DNA of 64,000 bases from Methanotrichaceae archaeon. Lineage in GTDB: Archaea > Halobacteriota > Methanosarcinia > Methanotrichales > Methanotrichaceae. The notes below the pieces were generated by a model. It was given only the letters and a program-made list of their open reading frames with translations. It was not told the DNA's origin and ran no database searches. The stretch's first letter is position 1; every line of letters starts with the position of its first letter. The position numbers were made by a program, and so were the translations under genes. Shown here piece after piece: positions 9,704 through 20,343 of this stretch. Where the stretch lies: contig CAWEXU010000017.1 in assembly GCA_963813075.1 (NCBI GenBank), forward strand, positions 32,001 to 96,000. The letters are read 5' to 3'.

Positions 9704-10220
9704 GTGAATTCCGATGCACTTAAACGCTATCAAGAGAAGAGAGACTTTGCTGTTACCTCTGAGCCCAATCCCCTGCAGTCAGCCGGAAGAGAGAGATTCG
9801 AACCGCCTGATATTTGTGGTGCAGGAGCACCGATCACGCAGGCTGCATTACGACTTTCGGCTGGAGGTGGATGGCGTCTTGAAATCCTGGGCCGTTCCCA
9901 AGGGGCCCTCCATGAATCCGAGGGACAAGCGGCTGGCAGTGCAGACCGAGGACCATCCGCTAGAGTACGCCTCATTTGAGGGCACCATTCCCGAGGGAGA
10001 GTACGGAGCAGGGACGGTGGTCATCTGGGATTCAGGAAGTTACAGAAACCTTTCCAATAAGGATGGCCAGCCAATTCCCCTCTCCCAGGCCCTGGAGAGC
10101 GGCCATGCCTCATTCTGGCTGGAGGGCAGGAGGCTAGAGGGCGGCTTTGCCCTCACCAGGACCCCACGCGGCTGGCTGCTGGTCAAGATGCGAGATGAAA
10201 AGGCGAAGTCTTCGCCCTGA
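9704..10220 (+). CDS. Stand-alone LigD 3'-phosphoesterase (PE) domain protein, one apparent frameshift near 9770-9810
   Basis: GGAGG RBS + GTG; N-terminus [13 protein letters not shown] in one frame, then [30 protein letters not shown]...TEDHPLEY in the +1 frame. Confidence 0.85.
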
Positions 10221-10229
10221 AAGTCCACT

Positions 10230-10426
10230 TCATCCCTCTTCGGATCGGCTCCGGGCCTTCTTTCCCTCTTCGATCAGCTCCTTTACCTTCTGGCCGCCCT
10301 TATGGCCGATCTTTTCGTAAAACTCCCTGCCATGGGTCTCGGCAGTCTTCATCCCCCCTTTCTTCCCGCCTCCTGCACAGTCATCCTGCCCTTCTCTTCC
10401 TTTTCCTGTCTATCTCTCTCTTCCAC
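10230..10426 (-). CDS. KGG/Em (GsiB/LEA-like) stress-induced hydrophilic small protein, frameshift in G-run
   Basis: GGAGG RBS + GTG; restoring one G gives MTVQEAGRKGGMKTAETHGREFYEKIGHKGGQKVKELIEEGK; absent from ORF track. Confidence 0.85.
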
Positions 10427-10714
10427 CAGATCTACCTCCCACTCGTTTGACTGCAGGACCTCTAAATTTAATCTGTCCCGAGCATTTCTTTATCTCAGCG
10501 GCAATTTATCATGTAGAACTTCTTTAAATATTTATGTTTTGGTCGAAAGCTATTCAGATGAGGTAAAATCCCGGATAGAAACCTGCCAGGCAATCAAAAG
10601 AGAATGACCGCAAAAGCATGTCCGGTATAGCAGCGCTTTTGGGATGGCAGCATGAGATAGATTGCAGAAAATAGCAGAGAGCACAGAAAGCCAGGAGAAT
10701 CTTTCTGTGGTTTA

Positions 10715-11890
10715 TTAATCGGTCATAACCTTGGAATCCAGTTCAAACCCGATTCTGGTCACCGTCATCTCACCGGCCAGCTCCCGCGCCAGGCTCACCA
10801 GGCCTAAATCCTCTTCTGCCAAGAGCATCTCCTCCTTCTTGGCCCTGGTCATGGGCTTGTTGGGGACGGCTGTGCAGGACTTCGTCTCCATGGTTACTTC
10901 GTATGTGCCGATCTTCCGGGCCAGATCGATTATCTCGGTCTTGTCCATAGCAATGAGGGGGTGATAGACCGGCACCCCGATAGTTGCCTGCTCTGCCAGG
11001 ATGTTCTCCGCAGTCTGGCTGGCCACCTGGCCCAGGGAGTAGCCGGTGACCAATCCCAGAGCCTTCTCCTTTTCCATTACCTCTCCCGCTATCCGGTACA
11101 TCAGGCGTCTGCAGAGGATACAGGTGGCTCGGGGATGATGCTTCTGGATCTTCTCAATTCCCCTATGAATTGGAACAACGATGAAGTTGATCTTCCGGCC
11201 GCAGGTCCAATCCGCCAGAACCTCAGCGCATCTCCTGGACTGATCTATGGAATCGGCATAAGGCCGGGAGTCGAAATGCAACAGCGAGATCGGACAGCCC
11301 CTCTTCATCATCATCCAGGCGGCCACAGGCGAGTCAATGCCCCCGGAGATCAACGCCAGCATCCTGCCCTGCGAGCCTATAGGCAGGCCACCCAGGCCCG
11401 GCACGACCTCGGTGAAGATGTATGTCCCCTCTCGCCTCGCCTCGATGAATATCTCCATCTGGGGATCATCAAGGTTCACCGAAGCGCCGGTAGCCAGTCG
11501 AACCGCTTCGCCCGCTGTCCGGCCAATCTCCGGACTGGAGAATGGCACTCCAGATCGCCTGGGCCGGATGGCGAACGTCTGCATAACGCCACCGGATTGC
11601 ATTGCCGTCTCCACTGCCGCCCGGCTGATATCCTCCAGATTGGTGGGCACAGTCCGAGCGGAACTCGCGGATACCACTCCAAAAACCTGGGCGACAATTC
11701 CTACCGCTCTCAAATCTGGGGTATGGACGAAGATCCTGCCCTCGCCCATGGAGATCCTGTGCTCCACCCCGGCTCTATGCAAACAGAAGGCTATGTTGCT
11801 AGCTAAAAGGCGTTCCCAGTTCTGCCTGGTCCAGCTGTCCTTGAGTGCGATTTCCCCGTAGCGCACCAGCACTACGTCCTGGGAAATCAT
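10715..11890 (-). CDS. thiI: tRNA 4-thiouridine sulfurtransferase ThiI (no rhodanese domain)
   Basis: VRYGEIALK, THUMP region, SGGIDSPVA PP-loop, CILC and downstream Cys, GQVASQT. Confidence 0.95.
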   Translation of the reverse strand: MISQDVVLVRYGEIALKDSWTRQNWERLLASNIAFCLHRAGVEHRISMGEGRIFVHTPDLRAVGIVAQVFGVVSASSARTVPTNLEDISRAAVETAMQSGGVMQTFAIRPRRSGVPFSSPEIGRTAGEAVRLATGASVNLDDPQMEIFIEARREGTYIFTEVVPGLGGLPIGSQGRMLALISGGIDSPVAAWMMMKRGCPISLLHFDSRPYADSIDQSRRCAEVLADWTCGRKINFIVVPIHRGIEKIQKHHPRATCILCRRLMYRIAGEVMEKEKALGLVTGYSLGQVASQTAENILAEQATIGVPVYHPLIAMDKTEIIDLARKIGTYEVTMETKSCTAVPNKPMTRAKKEEMLLAEEDLGLVSLARELAGEMTVTRIGFELDSKVMTD

Positions 11891-12066
11891 GTTCTGATCT
11901 GAGTGGCCTTTATGGATCTCTTTATCTTCTTTACTCTGGAACCAGAGGCGGTATATTTCTGCATCGGACCTGGCTTCTTATAAATGGTCTCGGCCTTGGT
12001 TACCTGCCTGACCTGGCCCTTTCTGCCCTTTATCTTGACCCATTCTACGCTTCCTGTCTTTCCCAT
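11887..12066 (-). CDS. Small basic protein (59 aa), DUF5350-like
   Basis: MGKTGSVEWVKIKGRKGQVRQV...KKPGPMQKY; stop overlaps thiI start (ATGA); below ORF-track cutoff. Confidence 0.7.
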   Translation of the reverse strand: MGKTGSVEWVKIKGRKGQVRQVTKAETIYKKPGPMQKYTASGSRVKKIKRSIKATQIRT

Positions 12067-12101
12067 AGGATCACCCTATTAAAGCAGGATTTAAAAAGGT
12101 T

Positions 12102-13235
12102 GTGATTAACCGATTCAGCCCTAACGGAATATTTTTAACCATCTGCTCCATTAGCCAGTACGTGAAGAGCGAGATCGTGCTTCCTACAATCCATCCAAAA
12201 AAATCGATAGCTTTAATCGCTGTAGGCCTTTGCGTCTACTTCCTCTATCTCTACCACGCTGGTTATCAGGATGTGATCGAAAGCCTGAGGGGCGCTGCTA
12301 TTAGCCTCTTTGCGGCGGCCGTCATTCTCGCCCTGCTGGGAGTATTCTGCGATGCCCTGGCCTGGAGGGCCATTGCCCTCAAGTTCGACTATAAAGTGCC
12401 CATCAAGGACATCTTTATGATTTACCTCTCCTGCGGCTTCATGAACAACCTCATCCCCTCGGGCAGCTTCTCCGGAGAGACGGCCCGGGTCTACTTCCTG
12501 GAAAAGCTGGATGGAGGATCGCGAATCGATCAGTCCTCGGCCACAGTGGCCACCACCAGGATCATCACCGCCATACCCTTCTTTCTGGGAACGGCCATAG
12601 GACTCGCATATCTGGACCTGGTCACAGATGCCCCACCCTGGGCCCTGGCCACATGCTATACAATTGCCCTGGTACTGCTCCTCTTAAACGCCACATTCTT
12701 CGCCATCTGCTTTGCCGAAAATTGGCTGGAGAGAATTGCCTTTACCATCATCAAGTATGTCGAGCGTTTATTGCATGTTCATATAGACAAAAATCAATGC
12801 AGCCGCATACTGGAGCGGTTTCATCGTTCCATGACCGTGCTGGCGGAGCACAAAAAGACCCTGTTCATAAGCACCTTCTGGGCGCTGGCCGGCTGGCTGT
12901 GCATGACCACAGTGGCTGTTGTCGTCTTCCGGTCGATGGGCGTCACCGTCCCCATCTGGGCGGTCCTGGCCGTCTATTCAGTCATGATATTTCTGCAGAT
13001 GCTGCCCATATTCCTGCCCGGCGGGGTGGGGCTGGTGGATATTGTGATGAGCACTCTTTTCACTGCCATTGGAATTCCCGTGCATACCGCAGTGGCTGCA
13101 ACCATCCTCATCCGGCTGGTCCAGCTCTGGATGCTCACCGCCATTGGCGGGCTGGCCACCGCCTACCTGGTCAAGAAGATCCACCGGAACGCTCTAATCG
13201 CCGGGGCGGAAAAAAGGTTAGCAAAAGGCTTTTAA
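12102..13235 (+). CDS. Flippase-like membrane protein (lysylphosphatidylglycerol synthase TM / UPF0104 family)
   Basis: Multi-TM; NNLIPSG..SGE.AR and LPGGVGLVD motifs; true start probably downstream. Confidence 0.8.
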   Translation: MINRFSPNGIFLTICSISQYVKSEIVLPTIHPKKSIALIAVGLCVYFLYLYHAGYQDVIESLRGAAISLFAAAVILALLGVFCDALAWRAIALKFDYKVPIKDIFMIYLSCGFMNNLIPSGSFSGETARVYFLEKLDGGSRIDQSSATVATTRIITAIPFFLGTAIGLAYLDLVTDAPPWALATCYTIALVLLLLNATFFAICFAENWLERIAFTIIKYVERLLHVHIDKNQCSRILERFHRSMTVLAEHKKTLFISTFWALAGWLCMTTVAVVVFRSMGVTVPIWAVLAVYSVMIFLQMLPIFLPGGVGLVDIVMSTLFTAIGIPVHTAVAATILIRLVQLWMLTAIGGLATAYLVKKIHRNALIAGAEKRLAKGF

Positions 13236-13266
13236 AGATAACATACCACAAGGAGCACTCGCTGTT

Positions 13267-13341
13267 GGGACAGTGGGGTAGCCTGGTCTATCCTCGAGGG
13301 TTTGGGACTCTTGGACCGCGGTTCGAATCCGCGCTGTCCCA
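13267..13341 (+). tRNA. tRNA-Pro (TGG), no intron, CCA not encoded
   Basis: Acceptor GGGACAG/CTGTCCC, anticodon loop TT-TGG-GA, T-arm GGTTCGAATCC. Confidence 0.95.
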
Positions 13342-13361
13342 TTTAATTAGATCACTTTAAT

Positions 13362-14360
13362 TTAGATCACCACTACATTTTTGCAGCATCTGCAGGCCTT
13401 CTCCAGCTCCAGGGTATCCATTCCCGGAAAATGATCGATCAGGCAGAGGTCCGCGGGCATTGCCCTCTCAAATAGCCTGGCCAGATCGCCGTGGTAAACC
13501 TCTATCTCGCAGGCACCGCGGGCACGGCCGACAAGGACCGGTGCCGTTCCAACCTCCTCTCTGCTGTGCTCGGGATACTCTAAATCCTCTATCCCCAGGA
13601 GCTCTCGATTTGCCTCCAGGTTCAGGAGAACGTTTTGCACCGCTGGCAGCCAGGCATCGTTCAGTATCACCTGTTTGGCTCCGGCCAGGGCGCACATCAG
13701 CCCCAGGGTCCCAGGGCCGCACAGTCCATCCACCACCCGGGCCGCCTTTCCCTGCAGCATGAGCCTTTCTATAATCCTCATCTTGGGTGCGCTCTGCCTG
13801 GAGAACTCGATATGGATCTTCGACTGGCTCTTATAGATGACAAGCTCTCCGAAAAGGCTCTGGCAGACGTCCGCCCGCAGGTCGGATCCAGCCAAAAGAA
13901 CATTCTCCAGGGGCTTTGTGCCTGCCCGGTGCATCCCGGGAACGCCCTGGGAGAGGATCACTCCTCGGACCTCAGAGATCCGCTCCACCATCGCACAAGC
14001 CGCCTTTTGGTTTATATTCTCCCCCTGAACTATCAGGCTGTCCGGCCCCAGGCGGGGGGAGTAGGCCAGAGGATAGCCCACAACTACCAGCGGCGAGCCG
14101 ACGCTTCTCAATGATGCCCGCTCGTCGCGCAGGCCAAACTGGTGCAGGATATGAAGAGCATCCAGCATTACCGCATCCAGCGTCGCTCTTCCGCAGGACC
14201 GGCACCTTTCTAATCCTCCCGGCAGCTCCCTATACCCCAGGGTCTTGTCCAGATTCGAATCCGGCGGGCAGTCCGGGCAGGCCAGATACCTCTTTTCTAT
14301 CCCGGCTAAAACTGCAGCTGCGGGCTCAACAGACTCTTTTTCAAAAGCAGGATACTTCAT
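13362..14360 (-). CDS. Putative SAM-dependent methyltransferase-like protein with N-terminal Zn-binding Cys pairs
   Basis: CPDC, CRSC; VVDGLCGPGTLGL resembles methyltransferase motif I. Confidence 0.65.
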   Translation of the reverse strand: MKYPAFEKESVEPAAAVLAGIEKRYLACPDCPPDSNLDKTLGYRELPGGLERCRSCGRATLDAVMLDALHILHQFGLRDERASLRSVGSPLVVVGYPLAYSPRLGPDSLIVQGENINQKAACAMVERISEVRGVILSQGVPGMHRAGTKPLENVLLAGSDLRADVCQSLFGELVIYKSQSKIHIEFSRQSAPKMRIIERLMLQGKAARVVDGLCGPGTLGLMCALAGAKQVILNDAWLPAVQNVLLNLEANRELLGIEDLEYPEHSREEVGTAPVLVGRARGACEIEVYHGDLARLFERAMPADLCLIDHFPGMDTLELEKACRCCKNVVVI

Positions 14361-14471
14361 ATTGTGCCAGTCACCCGAGAATATTTCAATATTTTCCCGA
14401 AACAAATATCTTATCCCGGAGAAAAGTTTGTAAACAAGAAAAGCATTAGGGCGGCGAAGGTGGTTTTTGAC

Positions 14472-15737
14472 ATGGCACAAAGAGGCATCAGGGAATATGA
14501 CGCGAAGAATCTGTTAGCTAGATACCTTCCCGAGTACCTCAACGATTTCTCATATAAAGGGAACCTGGCATTGGTCGGACCTGAGACCGATCTGGAGGAA
14601 CTGGAGAGAGCAAATCCCTGGCTGAAGACGACGAGGCTTGTGGTCAAGCCTGACCAGCTCTTTGGCAAGAGAGGCAAGCTGGGTCTTGTTCTCCTGGATG
14701 CGGATTGGGACCAGGCGAAAAGATACCTCAATGAGAAAATGGGTTTGGAGGTTACCATTGGAGGCATAACCGGGAGGCTGTCCTATTTCCTGATAGAGCC
14801 TTTCACTCCCCACAAGGAGGAGTTCTATGTGGCCATCAGCTCGGATTATGAAGGGGATAATATCTTCTTCTCAATGGATGGCGGCATAGGAGTGGAGGAG
14901 AACTGGGACAAGGTGATCTCTATCCACGTGGACTCCCTGGCCGGAATTGATGCTCTGGACGTAGGCTCCAGGCTGCCGGAACAGCTGGGTGGGAAGAGAG
15001 CGATTGTGGAGAAATTCATCACCGCTTTATGGCGGTTTTATAGGGATACCGGCTTTGCCTACCTGGAGATCAACCCCTTCACATTAGAAGGCAACGGAAT
15101 TGTACCTTTAGATATGGTGGCAAAGCTGGATGATGCAGAAGAGTACTGGCAGAAGAAGAGATGGTCGGGCCTGATCTTCCCTGAACCATTCGGCAGGACT
15201 CCCTCCAAAGAGGAGCTATTCATCAAGGAGATAGACTCCAAGACCGGTGCCTCTCTGAAGCTCACCATCCTTAACCCGGAAGGAAGGGTCTGGACCATGG
15301 TCGCTGGGGGGGGAGCGAGCGTGATTTATGCCGATACCATCTGCGACCTTAGCCATGCTGATGAGATGGCCAATTATGGTGAGTACAGCGGTGACCCCAA
15401 CACCGAGGAGACCTACCACTACACCTGCACCATCCTGGACCTGATGACCCGCAGCAAAAACCCCAGGGGCAAAGTGCTCCTCATCGGCGGGGCCATTGCC
15501 AACTTCACCGATGTGGCCAAGACCTTCAAGGGTGTGGTCATGGCTCTGGAGGAGTACCAGCAGAAGCTGCAGGAGGCAGGCGTCAAGATCTATGTGCGTC
15601 GGGGAGGACCGAACTACGAGCAGGGCTTAAAGCTCATGCGCGAACTGGGCATGAGGCTGGGTGTGCCCATCCTCGTCCACGGACCGGAGACCCACATGAC
15701 GAGAATCGTCCCCCTGGCACTGGAGGAGAATCAATGA
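14472..15737 (+). CDS. aclB: ATP-citrate lyase beta subunit (ATP-grasp + citrate-binding)
   Basis: MAQRGIREYDAK, VVKPDQLFGKRGKLGLV, WTMVAGGGASV, NYGEYSG, GGAIANFT. Confidence 0.93.
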   Translation: MAQRGIREYDAKNLLARYLPEYLNDFSYKGNLALVGPETDLEELERANPWLKTTRLVVKPDQLFGKRGKLGLVLLDADWDQAKRYLNEKMGLEVTIGGITGRLSYFLIEPFTPHKEEFYVAISSDYEGDNIFFSMDGGIGVEENWDKVISIHVDSLAGIDALDVGSRLPEQLGGKRAIVEKFITALWRFYRDTGFAYLEINPFTLEGNGIVPLDMVAKLDDAEEYWQKKRWSGLIFPEPFGRTPSKEELFIKEIDSKTGASLKLTILNPEGRVWTMVAGGGASVIYADTICDLSHADEMANYGEYSGDPNTEETYHYTCTILDLMTRSKNPRGKVLLIGGAIANFTDVAKTFKGVVMALEEYQQKLQEAGVKIYVRRGGPNYEQGLKLMRELGMRLGVPILVHGPETHMTRIVPLALEENQ

Positions 15738-17602
15738 GCAGGAATGATTACATTCTCTTTGACCGAAACACGAAAGCATTCGTCTATGGATATCAGACCA
15801 ATGCCATCCAGCGCATGCTGGACTTTGACTATATCTGCAAGCGTGATTCGCCCAGCATCTCGGCCATCATAAATCCGAGCAGAGCCGGGATCCATAAGGC
15901 ATTCTGGGGGACCAAAGAGATAATCCTGCCCATGTACAAGACCGTCTCCCTGGCAGCTCTTGCCTACCCGGAGGCAGATGTGATGGTCAACTTTGCCAGC
16001 CACCGATCAGCTTTTGAGACCACCATGGAGGCGCTGGAGGAGAATACCATTCGCGTCGTCGCTGTCATCGCTGAGGGCGTGCCCGAGAGGCAGTCCAGAG
16101 TGATGGCCGCCACTGCCAGGAAGCTGGACAAGATCGTCATCGGTCCGGCGACGGTGGGAGGGATGACTGCAGGGGCCTTCCGCATAGGGAACACCGCCGG
16201 CACCATCGAGAACATCATCGCCTCCAAGCTCTACCGGCCGGGATGCGTGGGTTTCGTCTCCAAATCCGGTGGCATGCTCAATGAGGCCTTCAATATCATC
16301 TCCAGAAACTCCGACGGCATCTATGAGGGAGTGGCCATCGGAGGAGACCGTTACCCTGGATCGAACATGCTCGAGCACATCCTCCGCTATGAGAGAAATC
16401 CGGCCATCAAGATGATCGCCTGCTTGGGCGAGCTGGGCGGAGAGGACGAGTACATGATCATCCAGGCCCTCAAGGAGAAGAAGATCACCAAGCCTCTGGT
16501 GGCCTGGGTTACTGGCACCTGCTCGCCGTACCTTCCGGCCAGCGTCCAGTTCGGCCATGCCGGTGCCAAGGCCAACAGCGAAAAGGAGACTGCTCAGGCC
16601 AAAAACGATGCCTTCCGCCAGGCAGGTGCATATGTGCCCAAGTCTTTCGACGGCTATGGAGAGGTGGTGCGCCAGGTCTACGATATGCTCGTCTCTCGGG
16701 GCATAGTGAAGAGGTTCGAGGAGCCTGAAGCGCCCCGTATCCCCATGGACTACAGCAAAGCCCTGGCCTCGGGCGATATCCGCAAGCCCACCACATTCAT
16801 CTGCACGATATCCGATGACAGCGGAGAGGAGCTGCTGTATGCAGGAAAGAAGCTATCCGATGTCCTGGACCGGAAGATGGGGATAGGTGGGGTCATCGGC
16901 CTGTTGTGGTTCAAGAAGGAGCTCCCGGAGTATGCCGCCCACTTCATTGAGCTGGTCATACAGATCGTGGCGGACCACGGCCCGGCGGTCTCGGGAGCGC
17001 ATAATGCCATAGTGGCCTCCTGTGCGGGAAAGGACCTGGTCTCATCGTTATGCAGCGGCCTTTTGACCATCGGCCCCAGGTTTGGCGGGGCAATCGATGA
17101 TGCGGCGCGTGAGTTCAAACGGGCCCAAGAGACCGGACTGGCCCCGGAGCAGTTTGTTAGCGATATGAAAAAGAAGGGTATCAACATCCCTGGCATAGGC
17201 CACAAGATCAAGAGCGTCAAGAACCCGGACAAGAGAGTCCAGCTGCTCATAAGCTATGCCCGGGCCAACTTCCCCTCGACCGAACTGCTGAACTACGCCC
17301 TGCAGGTAGAGGAGCTCACCACCGCCAAGAAGGGGAACCTGATACTGAACGTCGACGGGTGCATCGGCATTCTGTTCATCGACCTGATGAGCTCTTGCGG
17401 TGCCTTCAGCAAGGAAGAGATCGATGAGGTGGTGCGCCTGGGATATCTGAACGGGCTATTCGCTCTGGGCCGCAGCATCGGACTGATAGGGCATATCCTG
17501 GATCAGAAGCGCCTCGGCTCCCGGCTCTACCGTCACCCGGCAGAGGATATCGCCTATATGATGCCCTCTGAGGAAGATATTCAGTGCAAGCGCCGGGATT
17601 AG
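15734..17602 (+). CDS. aclA: ATP-citrate lyase alpha subunit (CoA-binding + citryl-CoA lyase domain)
   Basis: IGPATVGG, phospho-His VQFGHAGA, ADHGPAVSGAHN, PGIGHKIKS, LNVDG; ATGA overlap with aclB. Confidence 0.93.
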   Translation: MSRNDYILFDRNTKAFVYGYQTNAIQRMLDFDYICKRDSPSISAIINPSRAGIHKAFWGTKEIILPMYKTVSLAALAYPEADVMVNFASHRSAFETTMEALEENTIRVVAVIAEGVPERQSRVMAATARKLDKIVIGPATVGGMTAGAFRIGNTAGTIENIIASKLYRPGCVGFVSKSGGMLNEAFNIISRNSDGIYEGVAIGGDRYPGSNMLEHILRYERNPAIKMIACLGELGGEDEYMIIQALKEKKITKPLVAWVTGTCSPYLPASVQFGHAGAKANSEKETAQAKNDAFRQAGAYVPKSFDGYGEVVRQVYDMLVSRGIVKRFEEPEAPRIPMDYSKALASGDIRKPTTFICTISDDSGEELLYAGKKLSDVLDRKMGIGGVIGLLWFKKELPEYAAHFIELVIQIVADHGPAVSGAHNAIVASCAGKDLVSSLCSGLLTIGPRFGGAIDDAAREFKRAQETGLAPEQFVSDMKKKGINIPGIGHKIKSVKNPDKRVQLLISYARANFPSTELLNYALQVEELTTAKKGNLILNVDGCIGILFIDLMSSCGAFSKEEIDEVVRLGYLNGLFALGRSIGLIGHILDQKRLGSRLYRHPAEDIAYMMPSEEDIQCKRRD

Positions 17603-17749
17603 AAAGATAAAATGGATCGGGCATAAAAGTTGAGTATAGAATAATATAAACTGGAAAAAGAAGATTAGCGAGGATCGATACTAGATGGCTGAGATGATCG
17701 AGGGCCGCCGATTGGGTGATAGCATTAGCAGCAATGAGGAGGAAGGGAC

Positions 17750-18997
17750 TTGGCGAGCATAAGCCAGAAGATACTCTCCCGTGCCTCCGGCTATGCCGGG
17801 ATGGCAGAGCCTGGGGAGATCGTCCAGGCGAAAATAGATTATGCCATGTCTCACGACGGGACATCGGTGCTGGCCATCAGATCCTTTCGGGAGATGGGGT
17901 CAGAAAAGGTTTGGGACCCGGATAGAGTGGTCGTGCCCTTCGACCACATCGTCCCGGCCAATAATGAGACTGCCGCAGATCTGCAAAGAGAGGTGAGGGA
18001 TTGGGCCCGTGAGCAGAATATCTCCAACTTCTTTGACTGCGGCACCGGGGTCTGCCATCAGGTCTTCCCCGAGCAGGGATTTGCTCTGCCCGGCACCCTC
18101 TTGGTGGGAGCGGACTCCCATTCCTGCACCTATGGCGCTTTTGGAGCTTTCGGCACCGGCGTTGGAGCTACGGACATGGCCGAGATCTACTCTGCTGGCC
18201 GGCTCTGGTTCCGGGTGCCCCAGACCCTGGGAGTACGGGTGGAGGGCAAACTCGCTCCATTCGTCTCTGCCAAGGACATCGCTCTTATGGTGATAGGAGA
18301 CCTGGGAGCAGACGGGGCCACCTACAAGGCGATCGAGTATGTAGGTTCTGCCATTGAGAACTTGAGCATATCGGGGAGGATGACCCTGTGCAACCTGGGA
18401 GTGGAGATGGGGGCTAAGGCGGCCATCGTCCCGGCGGATGAGAAGACGGAAGAGTGGCTCCGTGGCCGGGCCCGGCAGGCGTACACTCCGGTCTACTCCG
18501 ATCCGGATTCATATGAGCGCGAATATGATTACGACATAACCGGGCTTGAGCCCCAGGTGGCCGTCCCCTTCCGGGTGGACAACGTCCGGCCGGTCTCGGA
18601 ATTGGCGGGCCTGGAGATAGATCAGGCATTCATTGGCACCTGCACCAACGGCAGATTGGAGGACCTGGAGGCGGCGGCCAGGATCCTGAAGGGAAAGAAG
18701 GTCCGGGCCCGAACCCTGGTCATACCCGCTTCAAGAGAGGTCCTGCTCGATGCGCTGAATAAGGGGATCATCCAGACTCTGGTGGAAGCGGGGGCCATGA
18801 TCGGTCCACCGGGATGCGGTCCCTGCCTGGGAGCCCATATGGGAGTCCTGGCGGAGGGTGAGGTATGCGTTTCCACCTCCAACCGGAACTTCCCCGGCCG
18901 AATGGGCAAAGGGGGACGGGTCTATCTGGCAAGTCCTGCCACGGTAGCCGCTTCCGCTCTTCAGGGCCGTCTGACTGTCCCCGAGGTATCTGGATGA
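17750..18997 (+). CDS. 3-isopropylmalate dehydratase/homoaconitase large subunit
   Basis: [41 protein letters not shown]; LeuC versus AksD not resolvable by eye. Confidence 0.9.
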   Translation: MASISQKILSRASGYAGMAEPGEIVQAKIDYAMSHDGTSVLAIRSFREMGSEKVWDPDRVVVPFDHIVPANNETAADLQREVRDWAREQNISNFFDCGTGVCHQVFPEQGFALPGTLLVGADSHSCTYGAFGAFGTGVGATDMAEIYSAGRLWFRVPQTLGVRVEGKLAPFVSAKDIALMVIGDLGADGATYKAIEYVGSAIENLSISGRMTLCNLGVEMGAKAAIVPADEKTEEWLRGRARQAYTPVYSDPDSYEREYDYDITGLEPQVAVPFRVDNVRPVSELAGLEIDQAFIGTCTNGRLEDLEAAARILKGKKVRARTLVIPASREVLLDALNKGIIQTLVEAGAMIGPPGCGPCLGAHMGVLAEGEVCVSTSNRNFPGRMGKGGRVYLASPATVAASALQGRLTVPEVSG

Positions 18998-19659
18998 GGT
19001 TTGACCTGCACATTCACTCCAACTGCTCGGACGGGCGGGATGACGTCAGGACCATATTGAGAGCCGCCGCCAAGAGGAACCTGGACGGCCTCTCTATTAC
19101 CGATCACGATACATTATTGGGATCCCAGAAAGCGATGAAGATCATCCGCGAGGATAAGCTTGACCTGATACTCATACCCGGGGCGGAGGTCACAACCTCA
19201 GAAGGCCATCTGCTGGTCCTGGGCATTGAGGATCTGCCCAAAAGGGGGCTCAGCCCGGAGGAGACTGCGGATCTGGCGCATGAGCAGGGGGGGATAACGA
19301 TAGTCCCCCATCCGTACCACCCCTTCCGCCATGCCATCGGGCGCATACCGGACTGCGATGCAGTGGAGGTCTACAACTCCAAGCACCTCTTCGGCATAGC
19401 CAATGCCCGGGCTATGATCGGGGCAAAGAGGCGCCACCTTCCTGCAGTTGCCGGGAGCGACTCCCATTTTGCCGCCACGGTAGGCCTGGGGGTCACGGAG
19501 ATAGATGCCGGAGATGCAAATCAGGTGATAGAGGCCATCCAGGCGGGAAGGACGAAGATCATAGGCAAGAGGACTCCACCCAGATTCTTCATCGGGAATA
19601 CCTTCAAGTCGATATACCTGATCGTGACCACTGGAGGGGGGCGGAGGAGGAAAGCCTAA
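18994..19659 (+). CDS. PHP-domain phosphoesterase
   Basis: DLHIHS..SDG, ITDHD, GAEV, HPY, GSDSH. Confidence 0.9.
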   Translation: MRFDLHIHSNCSDGRDDVRTILRAAAKRNLDGLSITDHDTLLGSQKAMKIIREDKLDLILIPGAEVTTSEGHLLVLGIEDLPKRGLSPEETADLAHEQGGITIVPHPYHPFRHAIGRIPDCDAVEVYNSKHLFGIANARAMIGAKRRHLPAVAGSDSHFAATVGLGVTEIDAGDANQVIEAIQAGRTKIIGKRTPPRFFIGNTFKSIYLIVTTGGGRRRKA

Positions 19660-19686
19660 GCCCGCCAGTTTTATAGCTTCAGATAT

Positions 19687-20343
19687 TTGACCCACGCCTT
19701 GTGGGGATTCATTTTGGATATTGAGACTCTTAAGCATCTGGCACTTTTAGGAGCCCTTAACGGGCAGATAAGAATATCCAGCTCTATGCTGGCCTCGCTT
19801 CTTGGCTCCAGCCCGCAGACTGCCGGGCGCAGGCTGAACTCACTGGAGGATAAGGGCTGCATTGAGCGCAAGCTGACTGGCTCCGGCCAGAAGGTGAAGA
19901 TCACTGAGATCGGGAGGCTGCTTCTGCTATCCGAGTACCAGGATTACAGGAGGATCTTTGAGGGGGAGAAGACCACGGCCCTTCGAGGAAGAGTGATCGG
20001 CGGCCTGGGGGAGGGGCAGTACTACATCTCGCGGGAAAGCTATCGCAACCAGTTCTTTCAAAAGCTGGGATTTGTTCCCTTTCCCGGAACTCTTAACATC
20101 AAATTGGATGAGCCATTCAATCCCGGACCTCATCTGATTCGCATAGAGGGATTCAGGGAGGAGGATAGGACCTTTGGGGGATGCAGGTGCTACAAGATCA
20201 GGCTGAACGGCCAGGAGGCGGTGATCATCCGCCCTGACCGGAGCTCTTATCCTCCCGATCTGGTGGAGATCATATCTCCCCTCAGGCTCAGGGATGCGCT
20301 GAAGCTAAAGGACGGCGATGCAGTGGAGGTGACCCTTATATGA
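19687..20343 (+). CDS. ribK: CTP-dependent riboflavin kinase with N-terminal winged HTH
   Basis: SPQTAGRRL..LE HTH; GLGEGQYY, PFPGTLN, EIISP..LR..L.LKDGD. Confidence 0.88.
   Translation: MTHALWGFILDIETLKHLALLGALNGQIRISSSMLASLLGSSPQTAGRRLNSLEDKGCIERKLTGSGQKVKITEIGRLLLLSEYQDYRRIFEGEKTTALRGRVIGGLGEGQYYISRESYRNQFFQKLGFVPFPGTLNIKLDEPFNPGPHLIRIEGFREEDRTFGGCRCYKIRLNGQEAVIIRPDRSSYPPDLVEIISPLRLRDALKLKDGDAVEVTLI

Noticed and set aside
13267..13341. tRNA-Pro as an integration site
   Set aside because: No integrase nearby and no duplicate of its 3' end noticed in the window
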